From: Nitrososphaerales archaeon
Lineage (GTDB): Archaea > Thermoproteota > Nitrososphaeria_A > Caldarchaeales > Wolframiiraptoraceae
Direction: 5' to 3'
Assembly (NCBI GenBank): GCA_023269855.1
Contig: JAGDWP010000027.1
Location: 4,826-28,825, forward strand
DNA length: 24,000 nt
The notes beneath the pieces are model-generated. The model was not told the DNA's origin. It worked only from the letters and a program-made list of their open reading frames with translations, and did not search any database. Both the position numbers and the translations under genes were made by a program. Positions 1 through 9,374 of the stretch are shown here, one piece after another. Within the stretch, counting starts at the first letter, position 1; every line of letters begins with the position of its first letter.

Positions 1-58
1 ATAAATATGGTGAGAGTAAGAGTAAACCCAACAAAATATCGGATGGTCTCATGTATTC

Positions 59-1264
59 TCACTTGGAGGCTAGACTCCTCTTAAGACTAATTGAGAAATC
101 TCTAAGCTTAACGATTTCAACTGAACCCTGAATCTTGGAAGCAACATTCCTTAGTCTCTCACATTCATGATTTATTATCTTCTCTTCAACTATTCTGGAG
201 ACAACATCTGATAAGTCTATTAAAAGTAAATTGAACTTGAACCTCGTGTTCTCAAAATATTTTTCTAGAAAGTTCAATTCTTCTCTGTCTAATAGTCTAG
301 ATAGGTATATTAGGATGCCTCCAGAAGGAATAGAATCTTTCCCCGATACCAACTCTCCATAACTTAACTTCAATTGTATGAATACTGGTTTTCCATTATT
401 ATAGTTTAGTATCCAGACTCTTGAACCTTCTCTTAGGTAATGTAGAGCATGAGATATAGATATCTGTGTTATCCAGTTTAAGACGTTCCCAAAGGATGGG
501 ATGTCTAGATCTAATCCAGTTCCAAACCCGAAGATTAAGTCAGATGCTCTCCTCCTACTATATTCTTTAATGTATACTTCTTCTCCCTCTGTTCTAGCAG
601 TTCTCCTCCAATCAATGCTTCTCAAAGATAAGCTATCACTTTGTATACTCTCTCTATATTCTTCATGAACACCTATGAATGGATGCAATATATATCCAGG
701 GTAATTGAATCCTACAGGTACTTGAGATGCTACTATTCCTCTAGCTCTTACAGGCTCTTCGAAAGAATACATTATTCCAGATATTCTTGAATCAATTTCC
801 CTGCATACTAGCTCAAGATCATCTTTAGCTACAATTTGTAATGGTCCAACTCTGAGTAAACCTGCTTTTTCTACTTTAACAGTAAATTCGAATACGATAC
901 TATCTCTTCTATCTAGTCTACCTATCCAACTTGTCTCTCCTGAATCTATTCTTAACCCCTCACTGAGCGGTGCGTGAACTTCTATCTTCAATCTATCATT
1001 TAGCTTTGATTCTAAGTGTATTCTTACTCTTGACTTATCATTTATTGATAATATGTTTGGTTTGATACTCATGGAAACTTCAAAAGATTCTTCATTTAGT
1101 TTCTTAAGCTTCTGTACGCCTTTCACTATGTATAGAGTTAGGGTTAGAATGATGAATACAGGTGCTAAAAATATTGTTGGATGATTGAATAGCATGAGGG
1201 ATACGATGGCGAAGAATATTGCAGAGTATTGATATGTCCTAGCGGCTCTCTGAGTCAGCTTCAC
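59..1264 (-). CDS. DUF58-like protein (MoxR-associated), with N-terminal transmembrane hairpin
   Basis: 401-aa ORF with two hydrophobic N-terminal helices (AIFFAIVSLMLF, FLAPVFIILTLTLYIV). Its start overlaps the stop of the MoxR ATPase gene by 4 nt (1261-1264), the usual MoxR-DUF58 pairing. The family call rests on context and architecture, not on a diagnostic motif. Confidence 0.6.
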   Translation of the reverse strand: MKLTQRAARTYQYSAIFFAIVSLMLFNHPTIFLAPVFIILTLTLYIVKGVQKLKKLNEESFEVSMSIKPNILSINDKSRVRIHLESKLNDRLKIEVHAPLSEGLRIDSGETSWIGRLDRRDSIVFEFTVKVEKAGLLRVGPLQIVAKDDLELVCREIDSRISGIMYSFEEPVRARGIVASQVPVGFNYPGYILHPFIGVHEEYRESIQSDSLSLRSIDWRRTARTEGEEVYIKEYSRRRASDLIFGFGTGLDLDIPSFGNVLNWITQISISHALHYLREGSRVWILNYNNGKPVFIQLKLSYGELVSGKDSIPSGGILIYLSRLLDREELNFLEKYFENTRFKFNLLLIDLSDVVSRIVEEKIINHECERLRNVASKIQGSVEIVKLRDFSISLKRSLASK

Positions 1265-2214
1265 CTGGGAGGCTCAACCTCCTCAACGATTTCTCTAAGC
1301 AGCTCCATAGTCTCCCGACGTAGTGTGATTGGATTACTACTACGGCTTTTAAGAATAATTCTGTGATTAAAAACTAGGTTAACTACAGATTTTACGTGGT
1401 CAGGTGTTACATAGGGCTTACCTTCTAGAGCGGCTGCAGCTTTTGAAGCATATAATAGTGAGACTTGCCCTCTTGGGCTAACACCTAACAAGACTTGTTC
1501 ATGTTTTCGAGTTTGCTGACCAAGCTTAACTATGTATTCTAGAATTGATCTATCAACATATACTCTTCTTGTTAATTCAATCGCTTTGAGGACATCTTGT
1601 AGGTCTGCAACTTTCTCTACCTCGAGTCTTTCACCATGTATTTGTTTCTTCTCAAGTATTTGGAGTTCATGGGAAGGGTCAAGATAGTCTATGAAGACTC
1701 TTATCAGAAATCTATCAAGTTCAGCTTCTGGGAGAGGATATGTTCCCTCAAGCTCAATAGGGTTTTGGGTAGCAATAATTAGAAAAGGCTTGGGTAGAGG
1801 GTAAACAGTACCTTCAATTGTTACTTGCTTCTCCTGCATACATTCGAGGAGAGCTGATTGAGAACGGGGGGATGCACGATTTATCTCATCCGCCAATACA
1901 ACATTCGCAAATATAGGACCATGTCTAAACTCTAAGGCCCCCTTAGCTCTATTATAAACGATTGACCCAGTTATATCGCTTGGCATAAGGTCTGCAGTAA
2001 ACTGTATTCTCTTAAATTCTAGTCCGAGAGAGTATGAGAAGACTCTAGCTAGATACGTTTTAGCTGTTCCAGGAGCTCCTTCTAAGAGTATGTGTCCCTC
2101 TACAAGTAATCCTATCAAAAGGCTTCTAATAGCTTCATCCATTCCAACTATAATCTCATGAATGTTAGAAGTCAATCTTTCAGCCATATCTTTAATGAAA
2201 CTATACTCATTCAA
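1261..2214 (-). CDS. MoxR-family AAA+ ATPase
   Basis: 317 aa. Walker A is GAPGTAKT and Walker B is VVLADEINRASP. Length and overall sequence pattern (ATQNPIELEGTYPLPEAELDRF) are typical of the MoxR/AAA_3 family. Confidence 0.9.
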   Translation of the reverse strand: MNEYSFIKDMAERLTSNIHEIIVGMDEAIRSLLIGLLVEGHILLEGAPGTAKTYLARVFSYSLGLEFKRIQFTADLMPSDITGSIVYNRAKGALEFRHGPIFANVVLADEINRASPRSQSALLECMQEKQVTIEGTVYPLPKPFLIIATQNPIELEGTYPLPEAELDRFLIRVFIDYLDPSHELQILEKKQIHGERLEVEKVADLQDVLKAIELTRRVYVDRSILEYIVKLGQQTRKHEQVLLGVSPRGQVSLLYASKAAAALEGKPYVTPDHVKSVVNLVFNHRIILKSRSSNPITLRRETMELLREIVEEVEPPR

Positions 2215-2405
2215 TCATTTTCACCTCTATTCTTTATTCTCTGTAACTCGGATGCAAGTAAGTCCGGCCACTCTTTCTTGCTATCTTTCTTACTATCTTT
2301 CTTATTTTCTAAACTCTTACTAACGTATTGGGGGATAAACAGTGATGCAATTATAGTTGAAGCAGCGATGACTAGGATTGTTAAGTTTACGCACATGTTA
2401 TTCAC
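2211..2405 (-). CDS. Small single-pass membrane protein with a lysine-rich KKDSKKDSKKE tail
   Basis: 64-aa ORF with one TM helix (LTILVIAASTIIASLFI). It overlaps both neighbouring operon genes by 4 and 8 nt, which suggests translational coupling. No recognisable family. Confidence 0.45.
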   Translation of the reverse strand: MNNMCVNLTILVIAASTIIASLFIPQYVSKSLENKKDSKKDSKKEWPDLLASELQRIKNRGEND

Positions 2406-2862
2406 CTACATGAGTATTAATCCTTTCACTGAGTGATACGAGTCTTTCAGAAAATTGTTTTATTTCTTCTCCACTTGGGTCATGGCCCCCGAATCTAACG
2501 AGCTCATAGAAGTTGTACATTTCATAAAGGGTGCGGCTTGCATCCTTTGGCAAGTTATTACTAAGGATGTTCAAGACTTCCTTATTCGTTAAATTCCTAC
2601 CAATGTTTATATGATTTGACATTGTTAAATTAACAATTACCTCATTAAAGATAGCTATTACTGCCATTCTACTACCAATGTTCAAAACATATTCTTGGAA
2701 TTTTCTAGCAAAGTCTACTTGATTACTGGTTATCTTATTCTTAGCTTCTCGTACTCGCTTCTTGAGCTTGATATACCTAATCAGAACATAAATTGTTAAA
2801 AATGTTAGAGAGATATCGATTGTTATCCAGAATGCTGTTTCGAGATCTATCATCTGAGCCAC
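2398..2862 (-). CDS. Membrane-anchored DUF4129-like protein
   Basis: 154 aa with an N-terminal TM helix (FWITIDISLTFLTIYVLI). The C-terminal pattern LYEMYNFYELVRFGGHDPSGEEI resembles the DUF4129 signature found in MoxR/DUF58 clusters. This assignment is an inference. Confidence 0.45.
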   Translation of the reverse strand: MAQMIDLETAFWITIDISLTFLTIYVLIRYIKLKKRVREAKNKITSNQVDFARKFQEYVLNIGSRMAVIAIFNEVIVNLTMSNHINIGRNLTNKEVLNILSNNLPKDASRTLYEMYNFYELVRFGGHDPSGEEIKQFSERLVSLSERINTHVGE

Positions 2863-3629
2863 TTCTCTTCAACCTCCACTTTCTCAACTGGGAGAAAACT
2901 AAATATTGGATGAATAAATGTTGGGAAACCTCGAACTTCTTCTATAAATTCAATTGTTTGACCACCAGACTCTAGTCTCTGATAGTTTATCTCAACTAGA
3001 TCCCATACATTATCGAGGCTTATACCTTCTGAGATTTCAAAGTCTCTGTAATGTACTCTTAATTGACCCCATGGAGTATAGTATGTTATGGTGGGTTCAC
3101 CAACATAGTATCTCCCAGTTGTTGGAAGCATAAACGCTATCTTTACATTGGTTAAGCCTTCAAACGGTTCAGGATAAGCATTTATACCTGAAGATTCAAG
3201 CCTAAACCTGTAGAAAGTAATATTAACTTCACCATCAGAGACGACGTTTAGAGAGGTTTGCCAAACTGACTCAGCCCACTTTTTCCTAGCTACTGAAAGT
3301 GTATAGTTTCCTTTAGGTATAATGATGTATGCTTTTCCCTGGCTATCTGTAAAAGTTATCTCCCCACCTATCCTGATGAATGCATTTGATATAGGTGTGA
3401 CTGGAGCTGTCTCATTACCGAAATATGTCATAGAATGTCCAAGATCAGATTCCATCAAGTACATTGTAAGCTTAACGTATTCAGGTTCTTGGATTGAAAG
3501 AGATTCTTGAATGTTGCGTATTATCTGAGCTACAATGTCTTGGCTGCTGGGCATGCTGAATGAAAAAAGGAGAAAGGCCAGAGAAAGTAAAAGGACGACG
3601 ATTGCTGCAAGCGTAATCTTCTTCCACAT
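2850..3629 (-). CDS. Exported or membrane-anchored beta-rich protein, first gene of the MoxR operon
   Basis: 259 aa with an N-terminal signal/anchor (ITLAAIVVLLLSLAFLLFSF). The segment GKAYIIIPKGNYTLSV looks like a carboxypeptidase-regulatory-type beta sandwich. Overlaps the next gene by 13 nt. Confidence 0.55.
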   Translation of the reverse strand: MWKKITLAAIVVLLLSLAFLLFSFSMPSSQDIVAQIIRNIQESLSIQEPEYVKLTMYLMESDLGHSMTYFGNETAPVTPISNAFIRIGGEITFTDSQGKAYIIIPKGNYTLSVARKKWAESVWQTSLNVVSDGEVNITFYRFRLESSGINAYPEPFEGLTNVKIAFMLPTTGRYYVGEPTITYYTPWGQLRVHYRDFEISEGISLDNVWDLVEINYQRLESGGQTIEFIEEVRGFPTFIHPIFSFLPVEKVEVEEKWLR

Positions 3630-3715
3630 TCGTTTTCCTATTCTAAAATCTGCTCAGATAGATATTAATGTTAAGAAGCTACATTACAATAATCATTATA
3701 AAGTTTTAACAAATT

Positions 3716-4414
3716 TTACAATAGATTTTTGATTTTTTGAGGAATTTCTTTAAAACTATTTACAAGGTAGTCCGGTTTTGAAGCTTGGAGCATTTCTAAA
3801 TCATGTGCTCCACCCGTTATAGCCATAGACCTAACTCCTACTTCTTTTGCAGCTAATACATCGTGAACGGTATCACCTACATGGATGACTTCGCTAACTT
3901 CTAGGCCTAGCCTCCTGACTGCCTCTACTATCATTTTACCGTTAGGTTTTAGATCCATAACATCATCTCTTGTAACTATTACATCAAAGTATGTATCCAT
4001 CATGACCTTCTTTAAACATAATTCAACACTCTTCCTACTATTATTAGTTGCAATAGCAAGTTTAATACCTCGACTCTTTAGGAATTCAATAACTTCTCTC
4101 ACTCCTTCTCTAAGTTCTGCAATTTCTGCAGCATTTATCTCGAATGGCTCGAAAACTTCATTCAATATTTTAAACGCAGTTATCCTGTCTTCTTCCTTTA
4201 ACTCGTTTAAAATATATGCGACTGGAAGGTCAAGTATAAACTCTGTATCGATTTGGAGCTTCTCTCTTAATCTATTTAGGAACTCTCTCTTCGCTTCATA
4301 AAGCTTAAGCTTATGCACTAGTAGTGTCCCATCTAAATCGAATATTACACCTCTAATAGTCATTTTCCTTATATTGAAGAGAAAATCTGTATAGTAAATA
4401 TCTTTGTATAACAA
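3716..4414 (-). CDS. HAD-superfamily phosphatase (phosphoglycolate phosphatase-like)
   Basis: HAD motif I FDLDGTL, motif II IATNN, motifs III/IV K...VGDTVHDV. The true start is probably the internal Met at 4363 (MTIRGVIFDLDGTL), because motif I normally lies within about 10 residues of the N-terminus. Confidence 0.85.
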   Translation of the reverse strand: MLYKDIYYTDFLFNIRKMTIRGVIFDLDGTLLVHKLKLYEAKREFLNRLREKLQIDTEFILDLPVAYILNELKEEDRITAFKILNEVFEPFEINAAEIAELREGVREVIEFLKSRGIKLAIATNNSRKSVELCLKKVMMDTYFDVIVTRDDVMDLKPNGKMIVEAVRRLGLEVSEVIHVGDTVHDVLAAKEVGVRSMAITGGAHDLEMLQASKPDYLVNSFKEIPQKIKNLL

Positions 4415-4440
4415 TGTTGCAATAATGTAAGTACTGCTAA

Positions 4441-5403
4441 TTATGGTATTACATGGGTTCCAGACTTACCGTTGACAGCTTCCATCAACTGTGTGAGCTC
4501 CCCAATTATTGCTTCTTCTCCTCCCGAGTCTATGAATCTTATGGCTGCTTTAACTTTCGGCCCCATACTTCCAGGTGGAAAATGTCCTTCATTGTATAAC
4601 TTCTTTAATTCTTGAGCTTTTATCGTTTGTATCTTCTGCTGAGTCTCCTTTCCGTAGTTGATGTATACTGCATCTACATCTGTTAATATTATGAATTTTT
4701 CAGCTTCCAAGAAGGTAGCCAGCCTTTCTCCAGCAAGATCTTTATCTATTACAGCTTCCACACCTTTGAACACTCCATCTTCTTCTATCACGGGGATGCC
4801 TCCGCCTCCACTTGCAACCACTATTACCCCTGCGTCTACTAAAGATTTAATCACTGGCCCCTCAACTATGTACTTTGGATCAGGTGATGGGACAACTCTT
4901 CTCCATCCACCCCTCGCTTTATCTTCTTTGAATATGTATTCGGGATGTATCTTTTTTATCTTTTCGACTTCTTCTAAACTATAGAATGGTCCAACAGGTT
5001 TGCTGGGATTAATGAAGTCGGGGTCTTCTTTATCAACTACTACTCTAGTAACAATTGTTACTACATGCTTTCTCAGATTTCTACTAGATAATTCGTTTAC
5101 TAATGCTTGCTGTATCATGTAGCCGATGAATCCCTGTGTTTCAGCTCCACATACATCCATTGGGAAAGCAGGTATATTGTATAGTTTTTCTCCAGCATCA
5201 TGTCTTAAGATTGTAGCTCCAACCTGCGGCCCATTACCATGAGTGATCACGATATTGTATCCTGCTTCTATAATATCTGCTAAGATCTTACAAGTTTGTC
5301 TAACATTCTCATACTGTTCTTCAAAAGATCCTCTCTGATTTCTTCTTAGTAATGCGTTACCTCCTAAAGCGATGACCATTAAATTTCTATGTCTAGTCTT
5401 CAT
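4441..5403 (-). CDS. arcC: Carbamate kinase
   Basis: 320 aa with N-terminal [18 protein letters not shown] and GGGGIPV motifs. Length and layout fit the amino-acid-kinase-fold carbamate kinases. Confidence 0.9.
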   Translation of the reverse strand: MKTRHRNLMVIALGGNALLRRNQRGSFEEQYENVRQTCKILADIIEAGYNIVITHGNGPQVGATILRHDAGEKLYNIPAFPMDVCGAETQGFIGYMIQQALVNELSSRNLRKHVVTIVTRVVVDKEDPDFINPSKPVGPFYSLEEVEKIKKIHPEYIFKEDKARGGWRRVVPSPDPKYIVEGPVIKSLVDAGVIVVASGGGGIPVIEEDGVFKGVEAVIDKDLAGERLATFLEAEKFIILTDVDAVYINYGKETQQKIQTIKAQELKKLYNEGHFPPGSMGPKVKAAIRFIDSGGEEAIIGELTQLMEAVNGKSGTHVIP

Positions 5404-5652
5404 GTTTTCTTGCTACGTCTGTTAACTCAAAAACCTTCTCTTACAAGCATGTTCCGCAACATCGAATTCTTCATTAATGAAGTAAGCTTAAGAATCTTTA
5501 ACCTGGCATGCAATTTTGTAAGCATTCTTTACATCCTGGGATAATTTTTTCAAAATCATTATGAGCTTGGATAAAATCGATGAAGAAAATCTGCCTGCTA
5601 GATGGATTATTAAATATTTAATTGATGATAAATTTTAGAAAGAATAGATTGG

Positions 5653-6633
5653 TCATTCCTCTCTTGAGTAGGGTATTCCTAGTGAGGCGGGCGCTCCCAG
5701 CCTTTTCTTTATACTCTCAGTAGAGATGATTATTAGTGTTATTATTGTTACGATGTAGGGTAGCATTGCGAGGAAGTAGGGGCTTTGAGCTCCTAAACCG
5801 AACAATTGTAATCTATATTGGAATGTTTCTACTCCTCCGAATAGGTATGCTCCAAGGATTGCTCTCAACGGGTTCCATGTAGCTAGTATCACTAGAGCGA
5901 GAGCTATGAATCCTCTTCCAGCCGTTACTTCTTCTCTCCAGAATGGGTGGAAGCCTATGAAGAAGTAAGCTCCAGCTAAGCTTGCGAAAGCTCCACTAAG
6001 TATTACTGTAACCCGTCTCACTAAGTAAACATTTACTCCAAGTGAATCAGCCATAGATGGATTTTCACCGACAGACCTTATGGTTAAACCTATACTTGTC
6101 TTGAATAATATAAACCACATAATTAATGAAGCGATGAGTGAGAAGTATACGAGTATGTTATGGCTGAAGAACATCTTACCCAGGATAGGTATGTCTGAAA
6201 GTAATGGTATAGGGATCTCTGGAAGTTTTTCAGACTGCTGAGTAGCTAGAATTTCCTGCGGCAGGTATGGGTTAAGCCTTAGCAGTAAATTCTTCCTGAT
6301 CTCTGGGAATGTGATGAATCCGCTTAAGCCTATTCCAAGCATTGTTAGAGCTAAGCCGACTATGACTTGATTCAATTTCATATCTACAACTAGGATTGAG
6401 AGGATGAACCCCATTAATGCACCAACTATAATTGACATGATGATTGCTGCGAAATGTCCATAAGCTAATGAGAAGATGAAAGATGTTGCTGCACCCATTA
6501 TCATTGTTCCTTCAAGTCCAAGATTTAGAACGCCTGAACGTTCAGCATAGATCTCGCCAAGGGAAGCTAGAAGATAAACTGTCCCCATCTGAACAGTTAA
6601 CTGGAGTACTTGTTCAATCCACTCAACACTCAT
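5653..6633 (-). CDS. ABC transporter permease (BMP/nucleoside or simple-sugar type, second permease)
   Basis: 326-aa polytopic membrane protein. N-terminal pattern YLLASLGEIYAERSGVLNLGLEGTM is typical of BPD_transp_2 permeases. Overlaps the upstream permease gene by 4 nt. Confidence 0.85.
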   Translation of the reverse strand: MSVEWIEQVLQLTVQMGTVYLLASLGEIYAERSGVLNLGLEGTMIMGAATSFIFSLAYGHFAAIIMSIIVGALMGFILSILVVDMKLNQVIVGLALTMLGIGLSGFITFPEIRKNLLLRLNPYLPQEILATQQSEKLPEIPIPLLSDIPILGKMFFSHNILVYFSLIASLIMWFILFKTSIGLTIRSVGENPSMADSLGVNVYLVRRVTVILSGAFASLAGAYFFIGFHPFWREEVTAGRGFIALALVILATWNPLRAILGAYLFGGVETFQYRLQLFGLGAQSPYFLAMLPYIVTIITLIIISTESIKKRLGAPASLGIPYSREE

Positions 6634-7730
6634 TCTATTCCACCTTTCTGAACTATCATAATCCTATATCTTTTAATGAATTCGCCTACTATTATGAATA
6701 GGAAGATTGAGGCTTGACAGATTTCAACTGCTGCTCCAGGAATCTTTAATGCTGCTTGTAGTATGTCACCTGCTACAAATAATCCTCCAAAGAATATGCT
6801 AACAGGGATTATTAACCAAGGATTTAAAGATGAGAGTAAGACCACAATTATAGCTGTATATCCGTATCCCGGTGAAGCTCTCGGTCTCAACCTTCCAATT
6901 ATGCCGCTAACGATAGTCAGTCCACCGAGACCAGCTACTCCTCCTGAAAGGAAGCCTCCTAGAGTAATTACTTTAGAAAGATTTATACCTGCATACCTAG
7001 CGGTATCAATGCTTTCTCCAACGATCTTGAGTTCAAATCCTAGTTTTGTGTATTTTAGAATGACGTAAACTAGTGCTGCGGTTAAGGATAATAGGAGTAA
7101 ACCAGTGTATGCGAATTCTCCAAGTAACATTACTAATTTAGCGTAGTCAGGGAAGGGTGCAGATAGAGGGAATCCGTATCCTTTGGGGTCTCTCCATGGA
7201 CCATATATTAGGAAATCTACAAAGTACATTGCTACGTAATTCATCATTAAAGTTGTAAGTATCTCGTTTACTTTCATCTTTATCTTTAGGAATGCGGGGA
7301 GACTACACCATAGACCGCCAGTAATGAATGCAGCTAACATCATTAAGAACATGACTAGGTAGTCTGGGATTAACCCATAGTATAAGTGGAGTAACACTAT
7401 CCCTGTTGAAGCAAACATACCCATATACATTTGACCCTCGGCTCCAATATTCCAGAAGTTCATCCTGAAAGCTATGCTCAAACCTAAAGCTGCTAATCCA
7501 ATAGGTATAGCTCTCTTAAACGATTCAAAGAGGAGTGTTGGAGAAGAGAAGACCATCGTGATGTGGTAGTATACATCTACAGGGTTTATCCCCATGAAAA
7601 TGAAGATTAAACCTACTACTAGAAATGCTAGGATTAAGCTGAGAAACGTTATCGATATAGAGACCTTTCGAGTTATATATGTTCTTTTCTGTATTTTGAC
7701 AGTGTACGGTATTGCCAGCAACTTAGCCAT
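6630..7730 (-). CDS. ABC transporter permease (BMP/nucleoside or simple-sugar type, first permease)
   Basis: 366-aa polytopic membrane protein. FWNIGAEGQMYMG is the same BPD_transp_2 hallmark. Sits between the ATPase and the second permease. Confidence 0.85.
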   Translation of the reverse strand: MAKLLAIPYTVKIQKRTYITRKVSISITFLSLILAFLVVGLIFIFMGINPVDVYYHITMVFSSPTLLFESFKRAIPIGLAALGLSIAFRMNFWNIGAEGQMYMGMFASTGIVLLHLYYGLIPDYLVMFLMMLAAFITGGLWCSLPAFLKIKMKVNEILTTLMMNYVAMYFVDFLIYGPWRDPKGYGFPLSAPFPDYAKLVMLLGEFAYTGLLLLSLTAALVYVILKYTKLGFELKIVGESIDTARYAGINLSKVITLGGFLSGGVAGLGGLTIVSGIIGRLRPRASPGYGYTAIIVVLLSSLNPWLIIPVSIFFGGLFVAGDILQAALKIPGAAVEICQASIFLFIIVGEFIKRYRIMIVQKGGIE

Positions 7731-7745
7731 AATGACACCTTTTTC

Positions 7746-9374
7746 CTATGTTGATGCGATCTCTACACCGGCCATCATTAAACCTATCTTTTCAATATCT
7801 AATTCTCCAGGCTTAAATACACTAACGATCTTACCATCATGCATTACAGCGACTCTATCACATACCATTAACGCTTCTTCTACATCTTCTGATACGATAA
7901 GTATTCCAGAACCCCTTCTACTATATTCTATTAATGTTTTGTGTACAAACTCTGTTGCACCTATGTCGAGACCCTTAGTTGGATACGCAGCAACAATCAG
8001 TCTAGGTATTCTTTCACCGATCAATCCTGATAGTTCTCTCGCTAAGATAAGTCTTTGCAGATTACCACCCGAGAGAGATCTAGCTTGAGCTGAGAGGCTT
8101 GGAGAAACTATCTGGAAAGCCTTGACTAATTCTTCTGACTTTTCGTATATTGTCTTCCAATTTATTAATACTCCATTCGAATAAGGCTTATATCTATACG
8201 CTTTCATGAATAAGTTGTCTGCAATTGTTAAGTTCGGGATAATTCCATATTTTAGGGGCTCCGGTGGAATGAATGCTACACCTAACTTAATAATCTTCTC
8301 GGGACTATTATTAACGATGTTCACACCATCAATGAGTATGGAGCCTTCAGTAGCTTTCCTTAAGCCTGATATTACTTCAACTAATTCTTGTTGACCGTTG
8401 CCTGTTACACCTATTATTCCAACTATCTCATTCTTCATAACAGTTAGGTTTACGCCTTTCAATGCTAGAACACCTTTATCATTAAAAGCTTTCAGATTCT
8501 TTATGACCATTACTTCTTCACTTGGTTGGACTTCCTTCTTTTCTATAGTAAATATTACTGGTCTACCAACCATGTATTGGGCTAGCTCTGACATATTTGT
8601 CTTACTCGTCTCCTTGAGGAATACTACTTTCCCCCTCCTCATCACTGTAACTCTATCACTGATAGCGAATACTTCGTCAAGCTTATGAGTGATGAAGATT
8701 ACTCCTTTTCCCTCATTAGCCATTCTCCTCAGAGCCTGAAATAGTATTTTGCATTCCTGAGGTGTAAGAACAGAAGTTGGTTCATCAAGTATTAGAATCT
8801 TCGCATCACGGTAGAGAAGCTTCAATAATTCTACTTGCTGCTTCTCACCTGCAGTAAGCTGCCAAACATACGCGCTAGGGTTTATCCTCCATCCATATGA
8901 TTCTGCAAGCTGTTTAATCTTCTCGCCTATAGCTTTATAATTTATTATGAGACCGACTTCTTTAAGCCCTAGAATAATATTCTCTAATACTGTGTGTGAA
9001 GGTATTAGCTTGAAATTTTGGTGAACCATTCCTATCCCAAGCTTTATAGCATCTCTAGGAGATTCTATCTTAACTCTCCTACCTTCAATAAATATCTCTC
9101 CACTATCGGGCCGATAGAGACCGTATAGAATATTCATTAGAGTAGTCTTGCCTGCACCATTCTCCCCAAGTAATGCATGGATCTCTCCTTTTCTAAGACT
9201 AAAGTCTACATTGTCATTAGCTACTACTCCTGGAAAACGTTTTACTATCCCTCTAAGAGATACTAGTTCCTCCAAAACTGCTCCCCAATAATTAAAGCAC
9301 TCTGTTAATAAAAAATATGTGTGAGGTTGTATGGTTTTATTCTCTCCAATATCATCTAGGTAATGGTTCCTCAA
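7746..9374 (-). CDS. ABC transporter ATP-binding protein with duplicated ATPase domains
   Basis: Domain 1 has Walker A GENGAGKTT, signature LTAGEKQQV and Walker B ILILDEPT. Domain 2 has GVTGNGQQEL and signature LSGGNLQRL. The first ~33 residues of the ORF look non-native. A TTG at 9275 (giving MEELVSLRGIVKRFPG) is a plausible real start. Confidence 0.9.
   Translation of the reverse strand: MRNHYLDDIGENKTIQPHTYFLLTECFNYWGAVLEELVSLRGIVKRFPGVVANDNVDFSLRKGEIHALLGENGAGKTTLMNILYGLYRPDSGEIFIEGRRVKIESPRDAIKLGIGMVHQNFKLIPSHTVLENIILGLKEVGLIINYKAIGEKIKQLAESYGWRINPSAYVWQLTAGEKQQVELLKLLYRDAKILILDEPTSVLTPQECKILFQALRRMANEGKGVIFITHKLDEVFAISDRVTVMRRGKVVFLKETSKTNMSELAQYMVGRPVIFTIEKKEVQPSEEVMVIKNLKAFNDKGVLALKGVNLTVMKNEIVGIIGVTGNGQQELVEVISGLRKATEGSILIDGVNIVNNSPEKIIKLGVAFIPPEPLKYGIIPNLTIADNLFMKAYRYKPYSNGVLINWKTIYEKSEELVKAFQIVSPSLSAQARSLSGGNLQRLILARELSGLIGERIPRLIVAAYPTKGLDIGATEFVHKTLIEYSRRGSGILIVSEDVEEALMVCDRVAVMHDGKIVSVFKPGELDIEKIGLMMAGVEIAST

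Noticed and set aside
2272-2307. Three tandem 12-nt units (TCTTTCTTGCTA / TCTTTCTTACTA / TCTTTCTTATTT)
   Set aside because: They lie inside the 64-aa ORF and simply encode its KKDSKKDSKKE tail. This looks like a small coding microsatellite, not a regulatory or CRISPR-like repeat.
5404-5652. A possible C/D-box sRNA in the arcC upstream gap (UGAUGA at about 5625)
   Set aside because: There is no matching CUGA D box, terminal stem or C'/D' pair at an appropriate distance on either strand. The region is uniformly AT-rich and looks like ordinary promoter spacer.
9275-9374. An N-terminal 33-residue extension of the ABC ATPase that overlaps the SBP gene by 23 nt
   Set aside because: The extension (MRNHYLDDIGENKTIQPHTYFLLTECFNYWGAV) has no counterpart in the usual ABC ATPase N-terminus. 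It is probably an artefact of longest-ORF calling, and a TTG at 9275 gives a canonical start. Kept as a note, not as a finding.
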